Position numbers and translations under genes: made by a program. DNA of 64,000 nt from Zootoca vivipara (lineage: Eukaryota), in NCBI RefSeq assembly GCF_963506605.1, contig NC_083279.1, positions 41,850,001-41,914,000 on the forward strand. The letters are read 5' to 3'. Under the pieces are notes generated by a model, which was not told the origin of the DNA, searched no databases, and saw only the letters and a program-made list of their open reading frames with translations. Below are positions 62,497 to 64,000 of the stretch, one piece after another (position 1 is the first letter of the stretch; every line of letters begins with the position of its first letter).

Positions 62497-63332
62497 TAAA
62501 ACTAGCACTAATACGCCCAGGAACCTCACCAAAATGCTAGAGAGGGTGCACCTCAACAGGCACATATTTCCACATGTGGTGGGAGTGCCCCCAAATCCAA
62601 CTATTCTGGACAACAACCATAAGAGAAATATGTAAAATAACCAAGCAAACATTAGAAATAACTCCAGAATTGGCCTTGTTAAACATCTTCCAAGACAATA
62701 ATGCCCACCTACATCACAAAGAACTCATAACCCACTTACTCACAGCAACAGAAAAACCATAACCAGACACTGGAGAGACTTATCAGGAGTAAGCATGGGC
62801 AAATGGTACCAAATAGTATGGGAAACAGCCTTACTAGAAAAATTAACCAATAAGCCGAAACTGACACGGGGACAAATAGAAGAATGGCTCCCCATTATTG
62901 CATACACAGCCCAACAAGACAATGACAAAAATCCACCAACAGCATACAAATAAATATGGCTAGCCTGATCCAAAACACCCACCCACCCCACTCACACACG
63001 AAACAAAGATCATCACAGCCAACCACAAATGAACAACCATATCCCAGGCCAACCCCCAACATCTCTCACCACTAAAGGAACACAAGTGAACAGCAGAGAA
63101 CCTACACAAGTGACGCTGACAAAAAAAGAAGAAGCAAAACCCCACATATATTAAGCAAAATAGAAACATCATCACCCCACCCCCACCCCCACCCCACCCA
63201 CCCTTCCCTCATCTACCTCTTTTCCTCTTTTCTTCCCAATGTCTCAACAAATGAAACTGATTTGCAAAAATGTTACGAGAGACATTGCACATATTTCTGT
63301 AAACCAATAAAATCTTTAATAATAATAAAAAC
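62497..63332 (+). mobile_element. 5'-truncated L1-clade LINE (ORF2 CCHC zinc knuckle, 3' UTR, polyA signal)
   Basis: SPKC*RGCTSTGTYFHMWWECPQIQLFW fits the CxxC...HxxWxC motif. AATAAA near 63306 and an A-rich tail. Near-perfect TSD CATGGGGAGGTGG (62484-62496) / CACGGGGAGGTGG (63333-63345). Confidence 0.88.
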
Positions 63333-63565
63333 CACGGGGAGGTGGAAGAGGAAGGGCAGGTATGCATGACCTGAATCCTCTACTTGTGTTGTGATTGTGA
63401 ATCCTATAAGTACTAACATACACATTTAAATGGCTTTCCATTCACTTGGTGTTCATGCATTGGCAAGCCTTAGCCAATTTTGTGGTTTTATAGTATGTGA
63501 AATAAGACATCTCAAAAGTGCATTTAGATCACATAGTGCTCGATTATCCATCTCTGTAGAATTCA

Positions 63566-63650
63566 CAAAATCAAAGAACTGTAGAGTTGGAAGGGATCCC
63601 GAGGGTCATCTAGTCCAACCCCCTGCACAAGCAGGAATCACAGCTAAAGA
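63566..63650 (-). mobile_element. CR1 3' tail fragment
   Basis: aatcaaagaactgtagagttggaagggatcccgagggtcatctagtccaaccccctgcacaagcagg. Confidence 0.85.
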
Positions 63651-64000
63651 CAGGTCATTCTGGATGGGGAAAAGACAGGCACACTTCTGCTAGTGTATAT
63701 GGGACACACTAGTGAGCTGCATAATAATTTTTTAGGATTTGCTGCCTGAATGAAAGCTGTCACATATTCAACTTGATTTTAGCTACTTGGTACAGTAGAT
63801 TTAAATATAAATCTAATAATAATGTCATTGTCATGGCCTGGTTAGATGCAGATTAATAGTGGGAGGAACCAGAGTTGATCGTTCTATGTGTTGTAGCAAA
63901 CTAACTCAAGGGGAAGGTCAGAATAGAGAAAGGAGGGGAGCTTCTGGCATGATGGCCATTGATGATGCAGCTGACATTCACTTCCTCGTCAAGTCTAAAG

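Overview
This is AT-rich, non-coding vertebrate DNA, most likely from a squamate and probably a lacertid lizard. That call rests on the Sauria SINE, BovB, lizard-type L2/CR1 and small hAT MITEs, all recognised from memory rather than by a database search. I recognise no host protein-coding exon, so the window reads as a long intron or intergenic region. Every interpretable ORF is a retroelement remnant (BovB RT C-terminus, L2 RT, L1 zinc knuckle, CR1 pieces) or a GC-rich repeat artefact. Main structures: (1) three Penelope-like pseudo-LTR remnants carrying minimal type-I hammerhead ribozyme motifs (5785-5822 +, 43532-43569 -, partial at 29633-29670 +), two of them fold-back insertions with target-site duplications (TSDs). 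(2) A complete non-autonomous Helitron (60793-62103, - strand, A|TC...hairpin-CTAG|T), filled with about 6.5 copies of a 152-bp CpG-rich unit that is itself an inverted dimer. (3) A hAT element (7829-8410) with a similar multi-palindromic interior. (4) Nested MITEs, an OC1-like hAT MITE inside a putative LTR, and a probable solo LTR with an intact-looking promoter cluster.
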